Below, in pieces: positions 1 to 8,795 of a DNA stretch of 64,000 nucleotides. Source of the DNA: Herbaspirillum sp. (GTDB lineage: Bacteria; Pseudomonadota; Gammaproteobacteria; Burkholderiales; Burkholderiaceae_D); NCBI RefSeq assembly GCF_035644555.1, contig NZ_DASQOH010000049.1, positions 39,839-103,838 of the forward strand, read 5' to 3'. Made by a program: the position numbers and the translations under genes. A model generated the notes under the pieces. That model worked only from the letters and a program-made list of their open reading frames with translations, did no database searches and was not told where the DNA came from. The stretch's first letter is position 1. Each line of letters starts with the position of its first letter.

Positions 1-35
1 ACGATCTGCCCGATACGGTAAAGACGCTGCTGCAT
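1..35 (-). CDS. 5' end of an unidentified gene that runs off the left edge (partial)
   Basis: ATG at 35..33 is preceded by AAGGAG (complement of 44..49) at 8-nt spacing. Only 11 codons (MQQRLYRIGQI) are visible, so no product can be assigned. Confidence 0.3.
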   Translation of the reverse strand, partial: MQQRLYRIGQI

Positions 36-435
36 GTGAGGTTCTCCTTGATCTGCCATGGTCATGCGAAGTTCGCTAATTTGTAATGCATACACTATAT
101 TTAATCATTTCCACGATCTTTGCAACCGGGATTTTCCGGCGCACCAGCAGCGCCAGCAAAATCCCCTTTTATGTGCGATGCAGCACCAAATACGGGAGTT
201 TTAGACGCCCGGCCGCACCAGTTCGAGACCGCGCAATGCAGCATGGAAATTCGTGATTTACTTGGCATTATTGAGTGTGTACACTGTTTTTCGACAAGGC
301 CGGGCGAGGCTGCGGGACGGCCTGTCCGCAGGCGGGCATACTGGCCGCTGCAAGCGCATTGGCATGAAGGATGCTTCATGCGCTGACGATAGATCCAAGG
401 TAATGCCTGAGTAGGGCGCCGCAACACCAGAGACC

Positions 436-924
436 ATGCACAAGCAAGAACCCATCACCTTCCACGTCAACGGCCATGCGGCCACGCTGGACATTGCCGC
501 CGACGCGCCGCTGCTGAACGTGTTGCGCAACGACCTTTGCCTGAACGGTCCCAAATTCGGCTGCGGCCTGGGCGAGTGCGGTGCCTGTACCGTGCTGGTC
601 GATGGCGTGGCAGCGCGCTCCTGCGTGATCCCGCTGGCTGGCGTGGCCGGACGCCATGTGACCACGCTGGACGGCCTGGCCCAGGAGGGACGGCTGGACC
701 CGGTACAGCAGGCCTTCATCGATGAGCAGGGCGCACAATGCGGCTACTGCATGAACGGCATGATCATGACCATCAAGGCCCTGCTGCTGCGCTCGCCCAG
801 CCCGACCGAGGACGAGATCCGCAGCGAACTGGACTTCAACCTCTGCCGCTGCGGCACCCATGTGGAAATCATGCGCGCCGCCCTGCGCGCGGTCGAACTG
901 CAGCGCCAGGGTGCGGCGCAATGA
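436..924 (+). CDS. (2Fe-2S)-binding small subunit of an aldehyde/isoquinoline oxidoreductase-type molybdoenzyme (IorA-like)
   Basis: 162 aa. It carries the plant-type cluster motif CGLGECGACTV and a second cluster motif QCGYCMNGMIM...CRCG. Its stop overlaps the next start (ATGA at 921-924). Confidence 0.9.
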   Translation: MHKQEPITFHVNGHAATLDIAADAPLLNVLRNDLCLNGPKFGCGLGECGACTVLVDGVAARSCVIPLAGVAGRHVTTLDGLAQEGRLDPVQQAFIDEQGAQCGYCMNGMIMTIKALLLRSPSPTEDEIRSELDFNLCRCGTHVEIMRAALRAVELQRQGAAQ

Positions 925-3872
925 GTGCGCCCCTGCCCCAGCAGATGGCCGGCTCGCTGGCCACCGGCGGCGCAACATCCCTGCGTCATGCCCGCCTGGC
1001 CCTGCCGCCGCGACTGGACTGGCAACAGTCCCTCTACACTGGAGCCCGACTGCAGGGCATCGACAGCGAAGCCGCGCTACGCTGCCCGGGCACGCCACAG
1101 GTGGTGCAGCGCCGGCATCTGGTGGCGGTCCTCGCCGACAGCGATGAACAGGCCCGTCAGGCATGCCGCCAGTTGCGCCTGCGCTGGAGCGACGCCACGC
1201 CGCAGGACGGCACCCCACGCGTGCGCGCCGCGCAGACACTGCATGCCCGCGGCCAGGATTCCAGCGGCCTGCACGACATCACCATGGACGCCCACTACCA
1301 GTGGCGCGATGGGGAATCCGTATCCTCGGCCCTGTCATCGTCCCCTTTCCCTTTCCCCGCGACCGGCATCGCCGCCATGGCCAGCCCGATGGGCGCGAGC
1401 CTGCGACTGGACCTGCCCTTCGGCAATCCCGCGCTGATCGCCATGGAAGTGGCGGCCCTGCTATCCCTGCCCGTGGCCCAGGTGGAGGTGCGCAGCCACC
1501 GCCCGCCGGCCAGCGCGCAGGAGCGCAGCGCTGCCAGCGACGTGGCCGGCGTGGTGGCACTGCTGGCCCTGCAATGCGGGCAGGCCGTCTCGCTGGTGCT
1601 GGAGCCGACCCACTTCGCCAGCAGCCCGACCTCGCTGCAGCTGCATGGCGAACTGGACCAGGATGGCCGTCTCGGCAGCTACCACCTGCATATCGAGCAG
1701 GACGCCCCGCCGCCACCGCTGGCCTGGCTGCTGACGGAAACCGCCTATGCGCTGCAGGATGCCAGCGACCCGCGCGACGGCGCCGCCCTGGCCTCGCCCT
1801 ACGACTGGCAGGCGCTGGAGATCATCGGGCCGCCAGGCGCTGCCATCCCGGTGGCGGCGAGCACCTTCGCGCAGGAAATCTTTTTCGATGAACTGGCCCA
1901 GCGCATCGGCGAGGATGCCGTGCAATACCGTCTGCAGCACCTGCCCGATGCGCATGGCGCGGCGCTGGTGCGCTCGGTCGCCGAGGGGGCGGGCTGGAAC
2001 GGTCCGGCCCGGCAGGTGCAGGGCGGCATCCTGCGCGGACGCGGCTTTGCCTACGCCAGCACGCTGGAACAGGAACAGGGCCAGCCGGTACAGAGCTGGT
2101 CGGCCTGGGTGGCCGATGTGGAATACGACCGCGCCTCCGGCGAACTGAGCGTGACCCGGGTCACTGCCGGCCACGACCAGCGCGCGGGGACGACAGCGGC
2201 CGCCGCCCATGCCGCTGACGATCTGCTCGATGAAAAACAACGCGCCCTGCTGGGCGAGCAGGCCAGACTGGCGATGGCGCAGACGCTGGCGCCGGACCAG
2301 GGCTTCGACGCCTGGTCACGCGAACTGCGCCCCCTGCCGGGCCAGACCAGCGCCGGCCTGCCCCAGGTCGACCTCATCGGTGGCGGCACCACGCCGGCGC
2401 TGCGCGACATCCAGCTCAAGGCGGGTGGCGCCTTCACGCTGCCGGCGGCGGCGGCGATTTCCAACGCCATCCATGCCGCCACCGGCGTGCGTCTGCGCGA
2501 GGCGCCGTTTTCGGGTGAGCAGATCAGGCTGGCACTGGAACATCAGGAGGGTTCGGGCCAGCGGCCGGGCGGCTGGCGCCGCCTGCGCAAATACGGCTGG
2601 CTGGGGGGTGCTGTGGCGGCACTGGGCGCCACGCTGACCCTGGCAATGCCCTGGCGCGCCGAGATCGCACCGGTGGCGCGGCCTGCGGCCGACCTGTATT
2701 CGGCCGCCACCATCGAACGCGGGCGCCGGGTGGCACTGGCCGGCGATTGCGCGGTTTGCCACACGGCCCCGGGCGGGGTGGCCAATGCTGGCGGCCATGC
2801 CCTGCAGACGCCGTTCGGCACCGTCTACAGCACCAACATCACGCCCGACGAAAAGACCGGCATCGGCAACTGGTCCTATGCCGCCTTCGAACGCGCCATG
2901 CGCGAAGGCATCCACCGCGACGGACGGCATCTCTACCCGGCCTTCCCCTACACCGCCTTCGCCAAGATCAGCGAAGCCGACATGCAATCGCTGTACGCCT
3001 ACCTGATGGCCCAGCCGGCGGTCTCCAGCACGCCCCCGGACAACGATCTGCGCTTCCCCTTCAACATGCGTCCGCTGCTGGCCGGCTGGAATCTGCTGTT
3101 CCACAAGAATGAGGTGTTCCAGCCCGACCCGGACCGCTCGGCCCTGTGGAATCGCGGGGCCTATCTGGTGGAGGGGGCCGGTCACTGCACGGCCTGCCAT
3201 TCGCCGCGCAATGCCCTGGGCGCGGAACAGGGCGGACGCCAGTACCTGGGCGGTGGCACGGTCGATGGCTGGGAAGCCCCGGCGTTGACGGCGCTGTCGA
3301 AGTCGCCCACGCCCTGGACCGAGGATGAACTGTTCAGCTACCTGCGCAGCGGCTTCTCGGACCGCCACGGCATTGCCGCCGGACCGATGGCGCCGGTGGT
3401 GGCCGAACTGGCGCAACTGCCGGCCGGCGACGTGCGCGCCATCGCGCATTACCTGGCCTCGTTCCAGGCACCGGCCATCAGCACCACGGTACCGCTCCCG
3501 ATCACCACGGCCAGCCTCAGCGAGCGCCAGAAGCTGTCGCAGGCCAATGGCAAGCGGCTGTTCCAGGGTGCCTGCGCGGCCTGTCACATCGAAGGAACGG
3601 GACCGACACTGTTCGGCGTGCGGCCCTCGTTGCGGGTCAATACCAACCTGCACAGCGACACACCGGACAATCTGATCCACGTCATCCTGCACGGCATCCG
3701 CGAACCGGCCAACCCGGCGCTGGGCTACATGCCGGGCTTTGCCAACAGCTTCAGCGATGCCCAGGTGGGTGATCTGCTGGCCTATCTGCGCAGCGAGTTC
3801 GCCGCCGGCAAGCCGGCCTGGGAAGGCGTACCGGAGAGCATCGCCCGCTCGCGCACACAAGCCGGACATTGA
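921..3872 (+). CDS. Fusion protein: shortened xanthine-dehydrogenase-family (IorB-like) large-subunit region, one TM helix, and a tri-haem cytochrome c domain
   Basis: The ATG at 921 is in frame with ORF 738..3872. The N-terminal ~555 aa end in an IorB-like tail (GGAFTLPAAAAISNAIHAATGVRLREAPF). A hydrophobic segment (WLGGAVAALGATLTLAMPW) follows, then three CxxCH haem-c motifs (CAVCH at 2748-2762, CTACH, CAACH). Confidence 0.75.
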   Translation: MSAPLPQQMAGSLATGGATSLRHARLALPPRLDWQQSLYTGARLQGIDSEAALRCPGTPQVVQRRHLVAVLADSDEQARQACRQLRLRWSDATPQDGTPRVRAAQTLHARGQDSSGLHDITMDAHYQWRDGESVSSALSSSPFPFPATGIAAMASPMGASLRLDLPFGNPALIAMEVAALLSLPVAQVEVRSHRPPASAQERSAASDVAGVVALLALQCGQAVSLVLEPTHFASSPTSLQLHGELDQDGRLGSYHLHIEQDAPPPPLAWLLTETAYALQDASDPRDGAALASPYDWQALEIIGPPGAAIPVAASTFAQEIFFDELAQRIGEDAVQYRLQHLPDAHGAALVRSVAEGAGWNGPARQVQGGILRGRGFAYASTLEQEQGQPVQSWSAWVADVEYDRASGELSVTRVTAGHDQRAGTTAAAAHAADDLLDEKQRALLGEQARLAMAQTLAPDQGFDAWSRELRPLPGQTSAGLPQVDLIGGGTTPALRDIQLKAGGAFTLPAAAAISNAIHAATGVRLREAPFSGEQIRLALEHQEGSGQRPGGWRRLRKYGWLGGAVAALGATLTLAMPWRAEIAPVARPAADLYSAATIERGRRVALAGDCAVCHTAPGGVANAGGHALQTPFGTVYSTNITPDEKTGIGNWSYAAFERAMREGIHRDGRHLYPAFPYTAFAKISEADMQSLYAYLMAQPAVSSTPPDNDLRFPFNMRPLLAGWNLLFHKNEVFQPDPDRSALWNRGAYLVEGAGHCTACHSPRNALGAEQGGRQYLGGGTVDGWEAPALTALSKSPTPWTEDELFSYLRSGFSDRHGIAAGPMAPVVAELAQLPAGDVRAIAHYLASFQAPAISTTVPLPITTASLSERQKLSQANGKRLFQGACAACHIEGTGPTLFGVRPSLRVNTNLHSDTPDNLIHVILHGIREPANPALGYMPGFANSFSDAQVGDLLAYLRSEFAAGKPAWEGVPESIARSRTQAGH

Positions 3873-3876
3873 GCGT

Positions 3877-3917
3877 GACATTGCACGGCGCCCCGCGTAG
3901 GAGCGCCGTGCAATGTC
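3877..3917. terminator. Perfect 15-bp stem / 11-nt loop hairpin between convergent genes (candidate bidirectional terminator, no U-tract)
   Basis: gacattgcacggcgc (3877-3891) pairs perfectly with gcgccgtgcaatgtc (3903-3917). It lies between the stop at 3872 (+) and the stop at 3928 (-). Confidence 0.5.
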
Positions 3918-3927
3918 CGTCCAGCCC

Positions 3928-5964
3928 TCAGTGGCCGACCAACACCACCGGGCTGGCCAGAGCCTGCAGTTCGGCACCGACCAGCTCCACGTGTTCAGCG
4001 CTGGCGGCATGGACTCGCAACAGCGCCTGCCCGGCCTGCACCCGCTCACCCACCCGGCACAGCAAGTCCAGCCCCGCCCCCGGATACCCCGGGGCACCGG
4101 CGGTGCGCGCCAGTCCCGCGATGGCCCAGCCATCGACCTGACTGATCACGCCGGCCTGGCTGGCATGCCAGGTCAAGACCTCGGCGCAGGGCGCGGCCTC
4201 CACCTGGGGTGGTCCCTGGGCGGCGATGATGCGCGCCAGCGCGGCCTGGGCCGCACCGCTGTCCAGCAGTTCGGTGGCCTTTTGCAAGGCGACGTCGACC
4301 TCCCCCAGACGCGGATCGAAGGACAACAGATGCGCCGCGAACAGCAGTGCCTTGGCACGCAAATCCTGCGGCGCCTGCGGATCACCTGCCAGGACCTGGC
4401 GGATATCGCGCACTTCCAGCGCCGGACCGATGCCGCGCCCGATGGGCTGGCTGCCATCGGTGGCCAGCGCCCGCACTTGCATGCCCAGCCCCTGCCCTAC
4501 CTCTTCGAACAGTCGGCACAACTGCTGCGCCTGTTCCAGCGTCTGCTGCTTGGCATAGGGACCGTACGGCACATCCACTACCAGATGGGTGACGCCGGCG
4601 ATCGCCTTCTTGGACAGGATCGAGGCCACCGACCAGTGCGCCGTCTCCAGCCCGTAGGGCCGGGTGATGCGGTTCATCACTTCATCGATGATGGAATGGC
4701 TGATACGGCCATTCCAGGCGATGCAGGCCCGGGCCTGGCGCACGCAGCGGCGCACGGCCTCGCCATCCAGGTCGACATTGGCCAGCAGGGCCATGGTGTC
4801 GGCGGTGCCGGCGGCCGAGGTGATGGCGCGTGAGGACGCTTTGGGCATGGCCAGGCCCCAGGCCGCCACGATCGGAACCACGATGGGCGTGATGCGGCTG
4901 CCGGGGACACCGCCCAGGGAGTGCTTGTCGACCACCATGGGCTCGTCCCAGCTGATGCGCCGGGCCATGCGGCTGCGCGCCTGGGCCAGCGCCAGGGTTT
5001 CTTCGGCATCCAGGCCACGGGTGATGGAGACCAGCAAGGTGGTCAGCTCGGTGGTGCTGTAGCGGCCATCGACGGCATCCTGCAGGATGGCCTGGTACTG
5101 ATGTGCCGGCAGGCGTTCACCGCGCAGCTTGCGGCTCCACAAGGGACGGCTGGCCGGGGCCAGCAGGCGCAAGGCCTGCACCGTCTGAGCCGATCCAAGG
5201 CGCTGACGCAAGCCGGCGGGCAGCGCCAGCCAGGGGCTAGCATCGTGGCCGCCGTCGGGCCAATGATGGATGCGCACGTCGACCATGGCACCGGCCGCAG
5301 CGCGCAGGCGCAGGCGCGTGCCGGCCGCCCAGTGGCGCGGATGGGCATAGGCCACCGCCTCCTCCCCGGTCTCCACCGGCGCGGCGCGCACCACGCAATG
5401 TTGCAAGGGGGCGCGCAATACCGCCAGCAGGCGGGCAATGCCGGTGGCGGTATCGCTGTCGTTGGCCACTGTCTGGCGCAGGATGCCGGGCGGCGCGGGG
5501 TCGACCTGGCGCTGCAGGCGCGCCAGGATCTGCGCATGATCCTCACGCCCGCGCCCGGCGATGCGCTGCGCCAGCACCTCGGGCGGGGCCGAGATTTCCA
5601 CCACCACCAGGCTGGGCAGGCGCTGCGCCAGCGCTTCCACGGTGGCGCGCGAGCCATTGGCCACGACATGGCGACCGGCCGCCAGCTCGGCCAGCAACTG
5701 GCCCGGCAGGCCATAGGACAGGCCGTGCGCCTGCCAGGTCAGCAGGAACTCCCCGGCCGCCGCTCGGGCGGCGAAGCCGGCTTCGGTCTCGGCGTCATGG
5801 TCTTCACCGGGGGCGCCGGCCGGCCGCGTGATCACGCGGCGGGCAAAGACATAGTGCGCATCGGCCAGCGCATCGCGGGCGCCGCTCATCAGGGTGTCCT
5901 TGCCAGCCCCGCTGGGGCCGACCACCAGGAAGAAGGTGCCGGGCGCCGTGCTGGCCGGACTCAT
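3928..5964 (-). CDS. Fusion of a PhnN-like ribose 1,5-bisphosphokinase (N-terminal) with a thymidine/AMP phosphorylase family protein (C-terminal)
   Basis: Start re-picked at [25 protein letters not shown] (guanylate-kinase/PhnN-type P-loop). Its ATG at 5964 overlaps the nadC stop (ATGA). The C-terminal ~490 aa carry the pyrimidine-nucleoside-phosphorylase motif [10 protein letters not shown]...TSAAGTADT. Confidence 0.8.
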   Translation of the reverse strand: MSPASTAPGTFFLVVGPSGAGKDTLMSGARDALADAHYVFARRVITRPAGAPGEDHDAETEAGFAARAAAGEFLLTWQAHGLSYGLPGQLLAELAAGRHVVANGSRATVEALAQRLPSLVVVEISAPPEVLAQRIAGRGREDHAQILARLQRQVDPAPPGILRQTVANDSDTATGIARLLAVLRAPLQHCVVRAAPVETGEEAVAYAHPRHWAAGTRLRLRAAAGAMVDVRIHHWPDGGHDASPWLALPAGLRQRLGSAQTVQALRLLAPASRPLWSRKLRGERLPAHQYQAILQDAVDGRYSTTELTTLLVSITRGLDAEETLALAQARSRMARRISWDEPMVVDKHSLGGVPGSRITPIVVPIVAAWGLAMPKASSRAITSAAGTADTMALLANVDLDGEAVRRCVRQARACIAWNGRISHSIIDEVMNRITRPYGLETAHWSVASILSKKAIAGVTHLVVDVPYGPYAKQQTLEQAQQLCRLFEEVGQGLGMQVRALATDGSQPIGRGIGPALEVRDIRQVLAGDPQAPQDLRAKALLFAAHLLSFDPRLGEVDVALQKATELLDSGAAQAALARIIAAQGPPQVEAAPCAEVLTWHASQAGVISQVDGWAIAGLARTAGAPGYPGAGLDLLCRVGERVQAGQALLRVHAASAEHVELVGAELQALASPVVLVGH

Positions 5965-6794
5965 GCTTCGTCCAGGCCGATGTCCACGGCCGGCGCCGAT
6001 TGCGTGATCTTGCTGGTGGAGATGTAGTCCACCCCGGTCTCGGCCACCGGGCGGATGGTGGTCAGGCGGATGCCGCCGGAGGCCTCGACCTTGACGCGCC
6101 CATCGACGATGCCGACCGCTTCGCGCATGTCGGGCAGGGACATGTTGTCCAGCATGATCACGTCCACCCCGGCGGCCAGCGCCTCGCGCACCTGTTCCAC
6201 GCGGTCGCATTCCACTTCCAGCTTGGTCAGCACCGGCAGCTTGCGGCGCACCCGGGCCACGGCTTCCTTGATGCTGCCGCAGACGGCGATGTGGTTGTCC
6301 TTGATCATGACGCCGTTGTCCAGCGCCAGACGGTGGTTCAGGCCGCCACCGCAGAGCACGGCGTGCTTTTCCAGCATGCGCAGGCCGGGGGTGGTCTTGC
6401 GGCTGTCGATGAGCTGCGCCCGGGTACCGGCGATCTCGGCCACGTAGCGGGCGGTTTCGTTGGCGATGCCCGACAGGCGCTGCACCAGGTTCAGCGCGGT
6501 GCGCTCGGCAGTCAGGACGCTGCGCGCATTGCCCTTGACGGTCAGCAGGATGGCGCCGGCCTCGACCCGGCTGCCGTCGGCGTGATGCACCTGCACTGCC
6601 AGTGTGGCGTCGTATTTGCGGAAGACCCGGGCGGCCACCTCGATGCCGGAGACGATCAGGGATTCACGGGCATTCATGACGAAATGACCCTGCTCGTCCG
6701 GCTCGATCATGGTCTGGGCGGTCAGGTCGCAGGCGCCGATGTCTTCGGAGAGCCACAGGTCGATCAGTTTTTCGGTGGCGTAATGGTCGTACAT
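5961..6794 (-). CDS. nadC: Nicotinate-nucleotide diphosphorylase (carboxylating) / quinolinate phosphoribosyltransferase
   Basis: 277 aa with NadC hallmarks: [62 protein letters not shown] and GVDYIST. Confidence 0.9.
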   Translation of the reverse strand: MYDHYATEKLIDLWLSEDIGACDLTAQTMIEPDEQGHFVMNARESLIVSGIEVAARVFRKYDATLAVQVHHADGSRVEAGAILLTVKGNARSVLTAERTALNLVQRLSGIANETARYVAEIAGTRAQLIDSRKTTPGLRMLEKHAVLCGGGLNHRLALDNGVMIKDNHIAVCGSIKEAVARVRRKLPVLTKLEVECDRVEQVREALAAGVDVIMLDNMSLPDMREAVGIVDGRVKVEASGGIRLTTIRPVAETGVDYISTSKITQSAPAVDIGLDEA

Positions 6795-6971
6795 GGTGAA
6801 TCCTTTCGTTGGCGTGGTGAGGGGCTGGCTGGCCCCGAAATGAATGACAAGTGGAATAGCAGCTACAATTAAGTTAGATATCGAACTATTTAAGAACGGA
6901 CTTCGGTGCGACGGATGTGATGCAGGGTGTTCAGGACTCCTGGAAAAAGGGAAGCGGTGGCGAGGTGGGGT

Positions 6972-7796
6972 TCAGCTCTTGCCCAGCCTGGACTGGTAAT
7001 CGACGATCAGTTGTTCCCACACCATCTCCAGCTCGTAGTCGATGGAGCGGGCCAGGCCATCCAGGCCGGGGAAGAGCGTGGCGGCGGTGATGTTCATCCG
7101 GTACAGCGCCCGCAGCGCCGGCTCGCGCAGCGCGGCCGGCAGGATGAACTTGCGGATCAGCGGTTCGCTGGCCTCGTAGCCGGCCAGCAGGCGTTCCAGA
7201 GGCGCCTCCAGCGTGCCCGGCACGACCAGGATGCCGGACTGCGCCACCAGGCGCGCATCCATCTGGTTGGGTTCACCGAACCACACCAGCGGCAAGGCGT
7301 TGCCGGCAAAATAACGCTGGTAGCTCTCGGGCTTGCGCAGGTCGATGGCTTCGCGGTTGAGCGTCGGATCGAAGCGCGGCGCCGCCTTCCACAGGGCCGG
7401 GGTATTGAGGGCATAGACGGCGGCATCGCCATGCAGTTGCTGCATGGCAAAAAAAGCCGCCACGAAGGGTGACTTGGTGAAATCGATCAGCCGCGTCGGT
7501 GCGCCATGGTGTTGCATCAGCGCCAGGCAGCGCAGGTCATCGTCCAGCACCGCCGCGTCATGCAGGAAGACATGGGCCTTGCGCCGGAACACCCGGATCG
7601 CCCGCTCCTCGCGCAGGGGCCACAGCGAGGGATCGGGGCAATAGCGCGCCAGGTGCCGGGTCAGCGAACTGACCAGCGGCCAGCGATGATCGGCCTGGCC
7701 ACGGAATACCCAGCCCTCCAGCTGGTCGCTGGCGGCAGCGAACTCATCCCAGCTGGACAGTACGACCTGATCGATGGCAGTGGCGAGAGACATCAT
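6972..7796 (-). CDS. FRG-domain protein of unknown function
   Basis: 274 aa. It has the eponymous motif GWVFRGQADHRWPL and the downstream conserved block MQHHGAPTRLIDFTKSPFVAAFFA. Confidence 0.75.
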   Translation of the reverse strand: MMSLATAIDQVVLSSWDEFAAASDQLEGWVFRGQADHRWPLVSSLTRHLARYCPDPSLWPLREERAIRVFRRKAHVFLHDAAVLDDDLRCLALMQHHGAPTRLIDFTKSPFVAAFFAMQQLHGDAAVYALNTPALWKAAPRFDPTLNREAIDLRKPESYQRYFAGNALPLVWFGEPNQMDARLVAQSGILVVPGTLEAPLERLLAGYEASEPLIRKFILPAALREPALRALYRMNITAATLFPGLDGLARSIDYELEMVWEQLIVDYQSRLGKS

Positions 7797-7925
7797 GACC
7801 CCGAAAATATTCTTCGATATCTACGATTATGCAAGATGCAGGCCAGCCTGTCATGGTGGCTTACCCTGCCCTCCCTGAGCGGGCTGCAAATGGGTATGAT
7901 TGCGTTATCTTAGATTTCTGATGAA

Positions 7926-8510
7926 ATGATGAAAGCCACACGATCCCGGCCACTGGCCGCCGCCCCGGTCGAACAAGATGAACCGGATGAACTGGAACAG
8001 GCACTGGAGGCCCTGGCCGCCGAACGCGTCGCCCACCTGGTCAAGGATGCGGCGCGTGCCTTCATCCGCAGCCTGCAGATCCGCCTGGCGCCGCATGCGG
8101 TCAGCTACGGCCACTGGACCATCCTGCGCGTGCTGTGGGAACACGACGGCCTGTCCCAGCGCGACCTGGCCGAGCGGGCCGGCGTGAGCGAAGCCACCAC
8201 CGCCACCGCCCTCAAGTCGCTGGAAGCCATCGGCTACGTCGAGCGCACCCATCTCCCGGGCGACAAGAAGAAGGTCCACGTCTTCCTTAGCAAGCAGGGC
8301 CGCGCCCTGAAGAAAAAGCTGGTGCCGCTGGCCGAGGACGTCAATGACCTGAGCCTGGAGGGTATCAGCGAGGAAGAGCTGGAGACCACCCGCAAGGTGC
8401 TCATCGCCATGGCCCTGAACCTGGCGCGGGACGAGCGCCAGGCGGTGGAAGCCGGCAAGCGCATGCCCTCCACCCAGGAAGTCGGACGCCTGGCTTCCGG
8501 GCTGGGCTGA
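7926..8510 (+). CDS. MarR-family transcriptional regulator
   Basis: 194 aa. It has a winged-HTH block (WTILRVLWEHDGLSQRDLAERAGVSEATTATALKSLEAIGYVER...DKKKVHVFLS) and is divergent from the FRG gene. Confidence 0.9.
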   Translation: MMKATRSRPLAAAPVEQDEPDELEQALEALAAERVAHLVKDAARAFIRSLQIRLAPHAVSYGHWTILRVLWEHDGLSQRDLAERAGVSEATTATALKSLEAIGYVERTHLPGDKKKVHVFLSKQGRALKKKLVPLAEDVNDLSLEGISEEELETTRKVLIAMALNLARDERQAVEAGKRMPSTQEVGRLASGLG

Positions 8511-8650
8511 ACCTCCCCGACGCTGCCCCATCCCTGTGCAGACGCACCAGCAAGTGACGTGCGTACAGCATAATTGCACCATCGGAGAAAGCGCCGTCGC
8601 TTGCCGGCCATGCATCTCCTTCGACACATGTTCTAAGATATCTAACTATA

Positions 8651-8667
8651 TTTTGCAGACTGCAAAA
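8651..8667. promoter_or_regulatory. Perfect 8-1-8 palindrome TTTTGCAG-A-CTGCAAAA (candidate protein-binding site / UAS)
   Basis: Read directly from the sequence. It lies 37 nt upstream of the sigma54-type -24 element in an AT-rich intergenic region. Confidence 0.45.
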
Positions 8668-8703
8668 GGACTTTCAGACGATTTTTTGATCGATATCTAA
8701 GCT

Positions 8704-8719
8704 TGGCACGTCGTTTGCA
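8704..8719 (+). promoter_or_regulatory. Sigma54 (RpoN) -24/-12 promoter for the ABC-transporter operon
   Basis: TGGCACgtcgtTTGCA has GG (8705-06) and GC (8717-18) exactly 12 nt apart, matching TGGCAC-N5-TTGCW. It is 77 nt upstream of the ATG at 8796. Confidence 0.6.
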
Positions 8720-8795
8720 TTGACAGCATCAAGTGCTTGCAGGTACGCCCCTTGCGAGTATCCGATTGCAGTGTCCATCACGTGTCGAGGAAATC

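Noticed and set aside
101-427. Small ORFs (108 aa on the minus strand, 88 aa on the plus strand) in the region upstream of the 2Fe-2S gene
   Set aside because: They have no RBS and no motif, and they overlap each other in what looks like a promoter/operator region containing the GTGTACAC palindrome and AT-rich tracts.
5965-6210. 82-codon N-terminal extension of the PhnN-fusion ORF (track start 6210)
   Set aside because: The extension overlaps the nadC coding sequence in another frame and is Arg/Gly-rich. The ATG at 5964 gives a canonical PhnN N-terminus (P-loop within 20 aa) and an ATGA overlap with the nadC stop.
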